From: a virus | Reading direction: 5' to 3' (one strand) | Virus record (IMG/VR): IMGVR_UViG_3300035670_000086 | Span: 1 to 64,000 of that record | DNA length: 64,000 nucleotides | Shown: positions 24,763 through 34,010 of the stretch, piece by piece | Numbering within the stretch: position 1 is the stretch's first letter | Layout of the letters: each line of letters starts with the position of its first letter | Program-made: the position numbers and the translations under genes | The notes under the pieces: generated by a model | Seen by the model: the letters and a program-made list of their open reading frames with translations, nothing else | What the model was told of the DNA's origin: nothing | Databases searched by the model: none

Positions 24763-26667
24763 TCAAGCTCCGCAGTCCCCACCATTCAGAGAGCAAGCAC
24801 CACCATCAGCCATGCCTGTCTCTACTGAACGATCACCAACATACTTAGCAATGTTCTCTGGTGTCATGGGTACGGCTTCCAAAGGTTCATTACCCTTTGA
24901 TCCTGCACGATAAATGGTAAGTCCTTTTAGGTACTCAACATAATCCAAGGCTACGGTGCTAAGTTCGGCAGCTTCTGCATGCTTTGGCAAGTTAATCGTT
25001 TTGCTGATTGAAGAATCAATATACTTCTGCCAAGCAGCCTGTACAGCTAGGTGTTGTTCAGGAGTTATGTCGTATGCCCCTACGAATCCTTCGATTGACT
25101 TGCCTGAATCAAAGTACTCACGGAGTAGAGGATCAACCACGATAACTTCCTTCCACACATTTGCATCCCGGTATCTACGAATGTAAATAGGAGCAAACAT
25201 AGGCTCGATGCCACTTGACACACCCCATAGCATAGAGATAGTGCCAGTAGGGGGAATAGTAAGCATAACAGCGTTACGAATGCCATGCTCCTTGACAAGA
25301 AGTCGGATACGGGCAGGTAAAGTTCTTGCAAATCCTTCATCTAGATATTTCTTTCTATCAAATGCAGGGAAAGCACCCTTATCTCTTGCAAGATAAGCAG
25401 ACTTGATATATGCGATGTCCCGCATAGCCATCGCAATACGCTCAGTTAGTTCAATACACTTCTCACTACCATAACGGATTCCGAGTTTGATTAGCATGTA
25501 ATGATAACCAAGAACACCAAGACCAATACGGCGTGAACGATGACCTACTTCTCTGCACTCAGGAGTTGGGAAGTAATTTACTTCTAGAATATTATCTAGG
25601 AACTGAATGCCAGTGCGAACTGTGTGAGCAAACTTCTTCCAGTCAAACTCACCGTCAGTAACCATGTTAGCTAGGTTAATGTTACCTAGACAGCAGTTTC
25701 CATAGTTAGGTAGTGGAATTTCACCGCATGGGTTGGTTGAACGCATCTCCTCAAAGTAAGATACATTCGTATGACGATTAGCTAGATCTAGATTGAATAT
25801 GCCGGGATCTCCAGACTTAACTGAGTTCTCCCAAATCATATCCCAAAGCTCACGAGCCTTCAATGGCTTAATTTCAGCAGATGTAAAGTCATCTGTGAAG
25901 TGAATTTTATACTGCTCCTTAGCACGAGAAATAGCATCCTCTGCTGAGTTAGCAACTACCTCAATCGTAGCTGGAGTCGGATGTGCTTCATTTACACGAT
26001 TGACTGTATAGATCTGATACTTACGGTTTGCGAAGGTAAAGTACCAATCTTCATTATTCTTGCACGCTTCAATGAAACGATCAGTAATACCTACCGAGAT
26101 GTTAAAGTTATTCAACTCCTTCATGTCTAGCTTAACATGAAGGAACTCTAGTAGGTCAGGGTGCGTAACATTCAAGATAGCAATCAATGCTGTGCGACGA
26201 TTCTTGCCTGCACGAACATGGTTACCAATCTCGTTCAACATACGCATAACAGAGACTGAACCGGGAGCAGAGTTCTTCTGCTGCTGAATGTGGTCACCCT
26301 TGGGGCGAATATCAGAGAAATTGAACCCGATACCACCACCTGCACAAGAGATCTTGTACATATCCTGAATGGTCTTGCCAATAGACTCGACTGAATCTTG
26401 TGGGTTGATCACATAGCAGTTGAGTAAGTTTTGACGACCAGCGTTACGGCCAGAGCCATAAATGATTCTACCACCGGGAACTAGGTCGCCTGATGATAGG
26501 GCTTCGTAGAACCTTTGCTCAACTCTTTCCTTATCCTCATCACGCTCTGCACCAGCAGCAGTCTTTGCGATAACTCTCGCACGCTCGGACCAATTTTTTT
26601 CGCCGGGGTATGCATAACGCTTCTCAAATATTTCTTGACCTAATCCTGTTAACTTAGCTATTGACAT
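24763..26667 (-). CDS. nrdJ: class II (adenosylcobalamin) ribonucleotide reductase
   Basis: PGGRI, NCYV, GGGIG, TNPCGEIPL, CCLGNINL, RRIGLG, PTGTIS, SSGIEP, C-terminal Cys pair; no beta subunit in window. Confidence 0.9.
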   Translation of the reverse strand: MSIAKLTGLGQEIFEKRYAYPGEKNWSERARVIAKTAAGAERDEDKERVEQRFYEALSSGDLVPGGRIIYGSGRNAGRQNLLNCYVINPQDSVESIGKTIQDMYKISCAGGGIGFNFSDIRPKGDHIQQQKNSAPGSVSVMRMLNEIGNHVRAGKNRRTALIAILNVTHPDLLEFLHVKLDMKELNNFNISVGITDRFIEACKNNEDWYFTFANRKYQIYTVNRVNEAHPTPATIEVVANSAEDAISRAKEQYKIHFTDDFTSAEIKPLKARELWDMIWENSVKSGDPGIFNLDLANRHTNVSYFEEMRSTNPCGEIPLPNYGNCCLGNINLANMVTDGEFDWKKFAHTVRTGIQFLDNILEVNYFPTPECREVGHRSRRIGLGVLGYHYMLIKLGIRYGSEKCIELTERIAMAMRDIAYIKSAYLARDKGAFPAFDRKKYLDEGFARTLPARIRLLVKEHGIRNAVMLTIPPTGTISMLWGVSSGIEPMFAPIYIRRYRDANVWKEVIVVDPLLREYFDSGKSIEGFVGAYDITPEQHLAVQAAWQKYIDSSISKTINLPKHAEAAELSTVALDYVEYLKGLTIYRAGSKGNEPLEAVPMTPENIAKYVGDRSVETGMADGGACSLNGGDCGA

Positions 26668-28306
26668 TTTGTTTCTTCTTTACTTTCTGATTACCTATTG
26701 TAGATACACCATTCTTCTTGGTGACCGTAATTATAGTCGGGGCATCTATCAAATTTTTAAGATCATTATTGTGTGTAATTATAAATAAAGTCTTAGTTTT
26801 CTTTAGATTCTGTAGTAATATATAGAGTCCGTGGAGAGACTCCGTATCCAAACTTTCAGCAATTTCATCAAAGAAGATGATATCTGATAAGTCTTTATCT
26901 GTCAATGCTAAAAGACTTTGAAGCCCTAATAGCACTGCGATATTTATCTTTTTTACCTCGCCACCTGATAGGGAGGAGAACTTAGTTTCCTTGCCACCAA
27001 TGTATACTGTTTCTTCTAGTACCTCATTAAATTGAATTCTGTACTTGCCTGCTGTTAAATGAGTTAAGTGTTGGTTGCAGCTATCGTTAAAGTAATCAAT
27101 GATGTTTCTAATGATGTACTTAACCAACCCCTGTTCTGAAAATGCAACTTCCCAGAATCGCATTACTTCATACTTCTTGGTAGACTGCACTCTTTCACCA
27201 GCTAAAGAAGTTAATTTCTCTTCCGCTGTTTTACGATCTTTTAACAAATAATCCTTCTTGGAGTGTAATTCTTTCCAATCAGAAATTAACTTGTATTGAT
27301 TAGACCTAATAGGCAACAGAGCTTTTAAGGAGACAATGTTATTCTCCATGGATACTCTATTAGCATTTTTCTTTCCTAATTCATCATCTAAGTGTTTTAT
27401 TTTATCTTTTAAGGTCTTTAGATCTTGTTTAGATATTTCTCGTTTAGATGATACACCACAATGCTTACAAAGCACAGGCTTATCACTCTTGGCTTCATCT
27501 AGCTGCTTTTCATAAAGAATGATATCATCTTCAGATTGGCGGATGTTCTGATAAATAACCTTGAGTGCTTCTTCCTGCGTTTTAATCTTGTTCTCTACAT
27601 CTAGGATTTCTCCTAGGGAATACTTGGTAAGCATCTCTTCGGTTACTCGATTTTCAGAAAGGAACTTTACTTCCCCCTGTTCAATCTCTTTAATCGTTGA
27701 GTCTACCTTATTAACTATCGCAGTGTACTCTTTGATTAGAGCGTCTATACTTTTTATCTGCGTTGAGTATTCTGCTTTACGAGTTTTAATTAGTTCCCTC
27801 TTGTCGAACAACTCATCAAGGTTTAAGAAGTTCTTGATGATCGTGCGCTTCTCTTCGGGAGTAGCTGACACAAAATCTAGATTGTTATTCTGGCCGAACA
27901 CCATGCTAGCAAGGAAGAGCTTGTAGTTGGTATTAAGATATTGCTCAATCTTCTCTTGTGTAGCAGCAACGGACTCCTGTGTGAAGTTCTTGTCACCTAC
28001 AAAGAATTCCAAGAAGGTTGGCCGTCTTGTTCTTATGATTTTTATATTACCATTAATAAGAAGCTCTACTGTGCAGTTCTTCTTATTGGTAAAATTAATC
28101 ATGGCCTCCTCAGTAGACTTACGGACAGTCTTACCAAAGAGTCCCCAGACTACTGCTTCGATGAGTGAGCTTTTACCAGATCCATTACTCCCACCAGTAT
28201 CTTTGTTTTTACCTTCAATCAACACTAGACCAGAGTAATCATCGAACTTTAGTTCCGCATCATGGAAACTATAGAAGTTATTTATTTTTATCTTATTGAT
28301 CTTCAT
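26654..28306 (-). CDS. gp46: SbcC/Rad50-like recombination ATPase (T4 gp46)
   Basis: NGSGKS, coiled coil with CKHC hook, LSGGE, FFDE, IITH. Confidence 0.92.
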   Translation of the reverse strand: MKINKIKINNFYSFHDAELKFDDYSGLVLIEGKNKDTGGSNGSGKSSLIEAVVWGLFGKTVRKSTEEAMINFTNKKNCTVELLINGNIKIIRTRRPTFLEFFVGDKNFTQESVAATQEKIEQYLNTNYKLFLASMVFGQNNNLDFVSATPEEKRTIIKNFLNLDELFDKRELIKTRKAEYSTQIKSIDALIKEYTAIVNKVDSTIKEIEQGEVKFLSENRVTEEMLTKYSLGEILDVENKIKTQEEALKVIYQNIRQSEDDIILYEKQLDEAKSDKPVLCKHCGVSSKREISKQDLKTLKDKIKHLDDELGKKNANRVSMENNIVSLKALLPIRSNQYKLISDWKELHSKKDYLLKDRKTAEEKLTSLAGERVQSTKKYEVMRFWEVAFSEQGLVKYIIRNIIDYFNDSCNQHLTHLTAGKYRIQFNEVLEETVYIGGKETKFSSLSGGEVKKINIAVLLGLQSLLALTDKDLSDIIFFDEIAESLDTESLHGLYILLQNLKKTKTLFIITHNNDLKNLIDAPTIITVTKKNGVSTIGNQKVKKKQNVNS

Positions 28307-29354
28307 TTAGCTCTTTGAGTCCGTTTAGTAAATCTTGTTTATCTAACGGTGTGACACTACTATCAATGTAGTCTTCTATGATAGCTTCATTTATATTAAA
28401 CAATTGCCGCTCAGGACGGTAGTAGCTAATTTCCTTCTTCACATCTACCTTGCTATCAAATCTTAAATCTACCCAATTAATTAGTGGGTAATCAGATCTG
28501 ATCTTGCTGATCAAATCAAGGTCGTTGCCCTCCTTCAAAGGATTAGCAATAACACGAACTAAGTTAAAGTTCTCTTCACTCAACTTAAGAGATGGTAGAT
28601 CTTCTAGCTTGCAAATATGATGCTTGGGGCCTCCAACAGCAGGGATGGCTTTCCAATAGTTTCTCTTATTTTTGAACTTGTAGTGAATAACATAGTTTGG
28701 CTTACCTGCTTCTTGGAATGATGTAGTGTACGGAGTACCTACAACTACCACTTTATCTTTTGCTGAGTAGTGATGAATGTGTCCAAGAAAAGTAAGGTTA
28801 TCAAAGCACTCAAGAGGAATACGGAAGTCATTATCCCCAGCACTGTTAAGGCTCCCATGGTAACCAAAGTGACCAAATACAATGGCCCTTTTATCATTAA
28901 TGCTAGCAAGGTGATTCTTAATAGTTTCTTCATTTTCGTAGTGTGGGATTAAAATGCCCAAACCTCTATCTTCAGGTTCAAGACTTATTTTCAGCGGAAA
29001 CGACATAGGTTTATCTGTGCAAACCTTAGCATACTTCGATTCAAACAATGACAATGCAGTAAGACCATCATCAGCCTTGGATACTGCATCGTGATTTCCT
29101 CTTACAATAAAAACATCAGCATGTAGCTTGCTTAGAAGAGCTTTTAATGCAAGCATAACTTTTATGCTAGGATTTCTTTTATCGAAGATGTCCCCTAGAA
29201 ATACAACCTTAGGATAATTAATAGGACATATCTCATTGAAATCTTTTACCGTTTTCTCGATAAACGCACATTGTGCATCTAGGTAACCCGGAATATCATC
29301 TCGAAGGTGCAAGTCGCCAAAGATTAACATTTGAGGATCACGCATTTGTTTCAC
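28293..29354 (-). CDS. gp47: SbcD/Mre11-like nuclease (T4 gp47)
   Basis: GDLH, LGDIFD, GNHD, GH, GHIH metallophosphoesterase motifs. Confidence 0.9.
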   Translation of the reverse strand: MKQMRDPQMLIFGDLHLRDDIPGYLDAQCAFIEKTVKDFNEICPINYPKVVFLGDIFDKRNPSIKVMLALKALLSKLHADVFIVRGNHDAVSKADDGLTALSLFESKYAKVCTDKPMSFPLKISLEPEDRGLGILIPHYENEETIKNHLASINDKRAIVFGHFGYHGSLNSAGDNDFRIPLECFDNLTFLGHIHHYSAKDKVVVVGTPYTTSFQEAGKPNYVIHYKFKNKRNYWKAIPAVGGPKHHICKLEDLPSLKLSEENFNLVRVIANPLKEGNDLDLISKIRSDYPLINWVDLRFDSKVDVKKEISYYRPERQLFNINEAIIEDYIDSSVTPLDKQDLLNGLKELNEDQ

Positions 29355-30138
29355 CCCCTAAGATAGAAGACTTAGTTATTTCCATTCTGTTTAGATCAGG
29401 ACAGACGAGGGTGTATATAGAATTTGCTGCACGCTGAATCTCGAACTGGGCATCGGGGTGTAGTCGTTGCTGCAAGAAGTGTAGTACTCCCTGCAAGCTC
29501 ACAGTCCAGTACGCCTCTGTGTAGATGTTTTGTGGAAGCATCATACGGGCGATCTCTTTGGCGATACCTGATTCAATTCTTTCCTCGTATGCTTTGTATG
29601 CAGCTTCGCACTCATTAAACATCTTAATTCTAGCTGCTGAGTGATCGAAGTCTGATCCAAGCACAACACTAGCCTGCTTATTGCCGTGAGGAGGGTTTGC
29701 ACGCATCATCATCGGGATATAGAACTCAGGCTTAAATGGAGCGTATCGACCGCTCACCTCATTCCATGAGCAGCCCTTGTCTGTATCGTACATCAAATCA
29801 AACATCTCTACAGACACAGGATTCCCATCAACTTCGTATTTTCTCCAAGTGCTGCCTACCTGATACTTTATCCATTGACGGAGTGTAAATAGGGGAGCCT
29901 TAACATGGAAGGTATAGTAGCTATGACGGAAGGGAGATGTATGCGAGTGTGCAAGAAGGAACTTGATTAAATTAATATCCTTCTCTTCCATCTCGTACCG
30001 TACTTTAGAATAACTAATGCGTGCTGCGTTTACTACTTTCAAGGCAGCATCATTTTTCATTCTATCTACGATTGAAATAAATCCAATACCATCGTTGAGA
30101 AAATAACTTCTATTAGGGTTTTCAGCCGACAATGACAT
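29338..30138 (-). CDS. thyX: flavin-dependent thymidylate synthase
   Basis: VNAARISY, HTSPF, WNEVSGRY, GIAKEIARMMLP, R....AQFEI; AAGGAG SD before ATG 30138. Confidence 0.88.
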   Translation of the reverse strand: MSLSAENPNRSYFLNDGIGFISIVDRMKNDAALKVVNAARISYSKVRYEMEEKDINLIKFLLAHSHTSPFRHSYYTFHVKAPLFTLRQWIKYQVGSTWRKYEVDGNPVSVEMFDLMYDTDKGCSWNEVSGRYAPFKPEFYIPMMMRANPPHGNKQASVVLGSDFDHSAARIKMFNECEAAYKAYEERIESGIAKEIARMMLPQNIYTEAYWTVSLQGVLHFLQQRLHPDAQFEIQRAANSIYTLVCPDLNRMEITKSSILGGETNA

Positions 30139-31234
30139 TCTTAATCTCCTTGATATTGGCGACACCGCCACTCTTGTTAAACTTTACATCTACACCGCCA
30201 CCGAAGGAAGTTCCTACTTCTACCTCAATAGCCATAGGTACTGCACAATTAAATCCCATGACCTTACGGAGGTAGGGGTATTGTGTCATTTTATGATTCA
30301 TAATCATCAGAGCTTCGTCAATCTCGTCCTTAGGACTAACAACTTCAATCGAGTCGTGTACGCTTGCAACAACACGAGATTGCATGTTTTGTGCTTTGAA
30401 CTCTTGAGCAATATCTAGAAGTGCGAAGGTTGTGATCTCTGATGCGGAGCTTTGAATAATAAAGTTCACACCCTGACGCTCGCAGCGAGAACGGATCTTG
30501 GGGATAGGAGATCTGATATTGTCTAAATTTCTACGGCGACCGAAAATACTCTTGGCATACTTGTTCTTGTTAATGTATTCCTTGACCTCATTCATCCAAG
30601 CAAACACGCCGGGATAAACCGTTCCATAAGTATCAATGATGTCTTTAGCTTCGTCGATATCAATATTAACAGTTTTACTGAGCTTGAACTCGCTACCACC
30701 GTACACAATCAAGAACGAAACTGATTTAGCGATCTGGCGTTCTTCCTTAGTAATCTGGTCAATAGGCTTCTTCCAAATAAGCGAGGCTGTGTACTTGTGT
30801 AGGTCTTGACCAGAGAAGAACGCCTGAATTAGATTCTTGTCTTTGCACACATGAGCCAAGATTCTAAGTTCCATCGCTGAGTAGTCAGCAGCGATAAAGT
30901 AGTGATCCTTAGGAGCTACGAATAGGCTACGGATGTTCGGATCCTTAGTCCGAGGCAAAGTGTGGAACGACACACCCATATTCTCACGAGCGGAATATGC
31001 AGCACAAGACAATCGTCCTGTAACTGTGCCATCGAATCGGAAGTCGTAGTACACCTTATCATGACCGTTATATGTGACGGCTTTCCCCACGCCATCAATG
31101 TAGGTGGACTGCAACTTCTCTAGACCACGAAGCTCTTGAAGTTTGTTCAAGAAGTCGCGTGCTCGTTCTAGCTTCTCAGTAGGAGTGCTGCTGATTACAC
31201 TCTTACTGACTGCAATAGGATCAGTTCTTGCCAT
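30122..31234 (-). CDS. polA: family A DNA polymerase, C-terminal piece (thumb end, palm, fingers)
   Basis: KLQSTY, TVTGRLS, motif A ADYSAMELR, motif B RQIAKSVSFLIVYG, motif C VHDS. Confidence 0.93.
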   Translation of the reverse strand: MARTDPIAVSKSVISSTPTEKLERARDFLNKLQELRGLEKLQSTYIDGVGKAVTYNGHDKVYYDFRFDGTVTGRLSCAAYSARENMGVSFHTLPRTKDPNIRSLFVAPKDHYFIAADYSAMELRILAHVCKDKNLIQAFFSGQDLHKYTASLIWKKPIDQITKEERQIAKSVSFLIVYGGSEFKLSKTVNIDIDEAKDIIDTYGTVYPGVFAWMNEVKEYINKNKYAKSIFGRRRNLDNIRSPIPKIRSRCERQGVNFIIQSSASEITTFALLDIAQEFKAQNMQSRVVASVHDSIEVVSPKDEIDEALMIMNHKMTQYPYLRKVMGFNCAVPMAIEVEVGTSFGGGVDVKFNKSGGVANIKEIKNVIVG

Positions 31235-31775
31235 AGATGTAATTATAGAGCCGAACCGCTTGTTTTTCTAGCTCTTCCACCGTACCCTCATTACGGATAC
31301 GAACATCATATGGATATGAATCTAAAGATATCTCAGAGACATCTTTCTCAAACTCGGGGTTAGCTCCTCTTTCCTCGCGGATCTCATCAGATGCCTCGAT
31401 CCGAACAACTAATACTTTTCTGTGAGTGTTAGCTGCAAAGAACTTACCATTCTCTATTTCGTTTGGGTAACGAGCATCTGTGATGATTACATTATTTTGC
31501 TGGTATTCATCACTGTAGTAGATGTGATCTGCCCAAGTGTGTGGAGCTATCGCACGGACAAGGTTACCACCGAAAATTAGCCTCTCTCTATAGAGTTTTT
31601 TCTTTTCGGGATCATGTAGATCTTCTACAGGAACGCCTAGGACTTGTGCGGACAGTCTCTTCAACTCATCTGCAAATGCCATGCGGCGCAGAGAAGGATC
31701 GAGCTTAATCATAATCTTTGCAAGCTCGTCCTTCCCTGCACGCATCTTACCTGTTAATAACAATGTATACTTCAT
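31221..31775 (-). CDS. deoxynucleoside monophosphate kinase
   Basis: GKMRAGKD P-loop, AFADELK, VIITDARYPNE, SE, IRNEGT. Confidence 0.85.
   Translation of the reverse strand: MKYTLLLTGKMRAGKDELAKIMIKLDPSLRRMAFADELKRLSAQVLGVPVEDLHDPEKKKLYRERLIFGGNLVRAIAPHTWADHIYYSDEYQQNNVIITDARYPNEIENGKFFAANTHRKVLVVRIEASDEIREERGANPEFEKDVSEISLDSYPYDVRIRNEGTVEELEKQAVRLYNYIYGKN
31235..31248 (-). promoter_or_regulatory. -10 element giving a leaderless start for the polymerase C-terminal piece
   Basis: CTATAAT-TACATCT-ATG, same 7-nt geometry as the early cassettes. Confidence 0.55.
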
Positions 31776-32248
31776 CTCGACTCCAGTTCATCTTCTATCT
31801 GCTCTAACAAGATCTCTATACACTCTGAGTTTACTGATGGCTTCCCCTTCGCCGTGTTCACAGGAGGATACAGTTGAAAACTATCTTCCCGTGTGAATAG
31901 GATATCTACCAAGTCAGCCGAGGAATTCATATTGTCTTCCACAGCTACTTCTGGGATAGCCTTGATGTCCTGATGCTTACCAGTGATCTTAGCTTCAAGG
32001 TCTGCATTAAGTTTGTCTAGTGTACTTGAGTCTACTTCCAGACCATTGTACTCGATTTCAGCAAATACAGGGGTCATGGGGGCAATTAGATTCTCGTACA
32101 GGTGATGTAACTCTAACTCCTTAAGCTGATCCTCCAACAAGTGGAAGATCTTCCAAGTGAAGAATGCATCTTGTGCATTACCTTCAGCCAACTCGGTGAG
32201 AGACATCTCAGCCCAGTTCTGCTTCTTGGGATCCTTAACGGTTAACAT
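31772..32248 (-). CDS. polA: family A DNA polymerase, middle piece (ExoIII and N-part of thumb)
   Basis: GNAQDAFFT (ExoIII Asp), EIEYNGLEVD, NMNSSADL..ILF, TAKGKPSVNSECIE; AAGGAG SD. Confidence 0.85.
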   Translation of the reverse strand: MLTVKDPKKQNWAEMSLTELAEGNAQDAFFTWKIFHLLEDQLKELELHHLYENLIAPMTPVFAEIEYNGLEVDSSTLDKLNADLEAKITGKHQDIKAIPEVAVEDNMNSSADLVDILFTREDSFQLYPPVNTAKGKPSVNSECIEILLEQIEDELESR

Positions 32249-33267
32249 CAGAACTCCTTCAGGTACTCGGGGAAGTATTGCTTAACAAGATCCATTAACG
32301 ACTTGGGTGCGTCTTCACGGATAAAGTGAGATACTAGCTTAGTGTCCCACACATTCGTAAAGGTGATTCCCTGCCCATACAAGAACTTCAGGTCGAACTT
32401 AGCGTTCTGTAGAATCTTCTTGTTGTTGGGGTTGTTGAAGATCTTGTTTAGTATAATAGCCACCTGCTTACGGTCTTCTACGGAAAACGGAGATTCTTTG
32501 TGGATGTAAGGAATGATGGCTTGCTTTAATTCTCCGTCCTGCTTGTAAGAGATAGCTATCGTCATGATGGAATCCTTCTTGAAATCCAAACCCGTAGTTT
32601 CAATGTCTACAGCAATGTTTTCCTTCTGTCCGTATAAGAAGGACAGATTTTCTAGCTGTTCTAGCGACATTATGATCTCGTAAGGCACAATCAGTTCACT
32701 ATCCTTCTTTAGGATATACTTATTGTACCCGTTACGGATATCCTGCTGGAAGAGGGTTACGAGCTTTGGCTCAATGGATACCGAGGCTGGGTGCAGGATG
32801 GGGATGACGGGGATACCATTGTAATCAAAAGTCTTGCCCCGCTTGTTAGTAATGCCAGACTTCTTAATAAGCATCTTCATGGCTAGGTTGCCACAAGTAA
32901 AGATTAGCTTTGGCTTGTACTGATCTACCGTAGCCTGTAAGTGGTTTCGGCAGATTTCCATGTTAGAGGGAGACATATCCTCCTCCTTAACATCTGGACA
33001 CTTGATTGCAGCAGCCACAGCGTACTTTTTAATTATTGGGTTAACATAACCCTTAAAGACCGCCTCCTCACCCTTGTCGGAAAGGTTGGTAATCTCAAAC
33101 CCTCCCCAACGGAGTGAGTCCATAAGGAACAAAACATCAGTCTGCTCTGCTCCAGTGTAGTCCATATGAGCATGGATAGGCTTGGGCTTGTCTAGAATAG
33201 AACATCCTTGGCAAACAGGATTGTTGCAGTTTTTTCTATTCTTATAGAGATCTAAAAGGTCTACCAT
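32248..33267 (-). CDS. polA: family A DNA polymerase, N-terminal piece (family-4 UDG-like domain plus ExoI/ExoII)
   Basis: CQGC..KCP..C Fe-S-type cysteines, KPKLIFTCGNLA, ILHPA; DIETTGLD, QNAKFDLKFL, WDTKL. Confidence 0.85.
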   Translation of the reverse strand: MVDLLDLYKNRKNCNNPVCQGCSILDKPKPIHAHMDYTGAEQTDVLFLMDSLRWGGFEITNLSDKGEEAVFKGYVNPIIKKYAVAAAIKCPDVKEEDMSPSNMEICRNHLQATVDQYKPKLIFTCGNLAMKMLIKKSGITNKRGKTFDYNGIPVIPILHPASVSIEPKLVTLFQQDIRNGYNKYILKKDSELIVPYEIIMSLEQLENLSFLYGQKENIAVDIETTGLDFKKDSIMTIAISYKQDGELKQAIIPYIHKESPFSVEDRKQVAIILNKIFNNPNNKKILQNAKFDLKFLYGQGITFTNVWDTKLVSHFIREDAPKSLMDLVKQYFPEYLKEF

Positions 33268-33276
33268 ACTTTAGTT

Positions 33277-33289
33277 ACCTATTATAGGT
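33277..33289. promoter_or_regulatory. palindromic bidirectional -10 element between polA and gp55
   Basis: ACCTATTATAGGT reads TATTAT on plus and TATAAT on minus in a 23-nt divergent gap. Confidence 0.6.
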
Positions 33290-33290
33290 T

Positions 33291-33698
33291 ATGAGTAAGT
33301 ATTATCTTGATAACAAGCGTTTTGAGGAGTTGATCGTATTATACCTCAAGTACGATAAGAAAAAACGGAAAAAAGGCCCAAACCCATACGAGGATGAATT
33401 GATGGCCTTGTTTGATTTACTAATATCAACTATATTAGAGTCTTTTAAATTTAATGTGGATTTGGAGGATGCCAAGCAAGAATGTTTTCTGCTGATCATA
33501 AAGAAGTTAAAAAACTTTGATCCCAATCACGGAAGTGCTTTTAACTACTTTACAACAGTCATACTTAATAACCTTAGGTTGGTCTACACTAAGGCTAAGA
33601 AGTATGATAAAAAAATTGCGGACCTTTTTGAGATCCGCAAAGATTCGTCAGTAATCGTTCTCGTCAATCCCGAAAGTCCAAAGAATTCTAGAAGGTAA
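33291..33698 (+). CDS. gp55: T4 gp55-like late sigma factor
   Basis: YYLDNKRF...EDAKQEC...NFDP..GSAFNYFTTV. Confidence 0.75.
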   Translation: MSKYYLDNKRFEELIVLYLKYDKKKRKKGPNPYEDELMALFDLLISTILESFKFNVDLEDAKQECFLLIIKKLKNFDPNHGSAFNYFTTVILNNLRLVYTKAKKYDKKIADLFEIRKDSSVIVLVNPESPKNSRR

Positions 33699-34010
33699 AA
33701 CTTCCTTGAATATCTTGTACTCTCTTAGTCTTTTTCTATTCTCATAGAAGTAGCAGACTGGAACTGATGTGCAGGGGATGGTCTTATCAACTTCTGTGAA
33801 AAGATCAGGAGTCTCAAAGGAATCAATCAAAAAGACTGTCGAGAACACATCATTCCCGGGCTTTTGCAATTGATCCAAGATGTAGGTACATCTGTCATCC
33901 CAAGGAGACTTAAAGAAAACAGCGAAACCGTTTTTATCTTTCTGCCCCTGTATCTGCCTGATTGATTTGAATAGATGATTTCTATTTTTTATTTCAATCA
34001 GTTCCATCAT
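33648..34010 (-). CDS. thioredoxin-fold protein lacking the first catalytic Cys
   Basis: AVFFKSPWDDRC, LIDSFETPDL, SVPVCYFY. Confidence 0.55.
   Translation of the reverse strand: MMELIEIKNRNHLFKSIRQIQGQKDKNGFAVFFKSPWDDRCTYILDQLQKPGNDVFSTVFLIDSFETPDLFTEVDKTIPCTSVPVCYFYENRKRLREYKIFKEVLPSRILWTFGIDENDY

Noticed and set aside
30122-33267. Split inteins, group I introns or homing endonuclease explaining the fragmented polA
   Set aside because: No intein terminal residues or LAGLIDADG/HNH motifs; ORFs overlap at the junctions; the inserted gene is a kinase.
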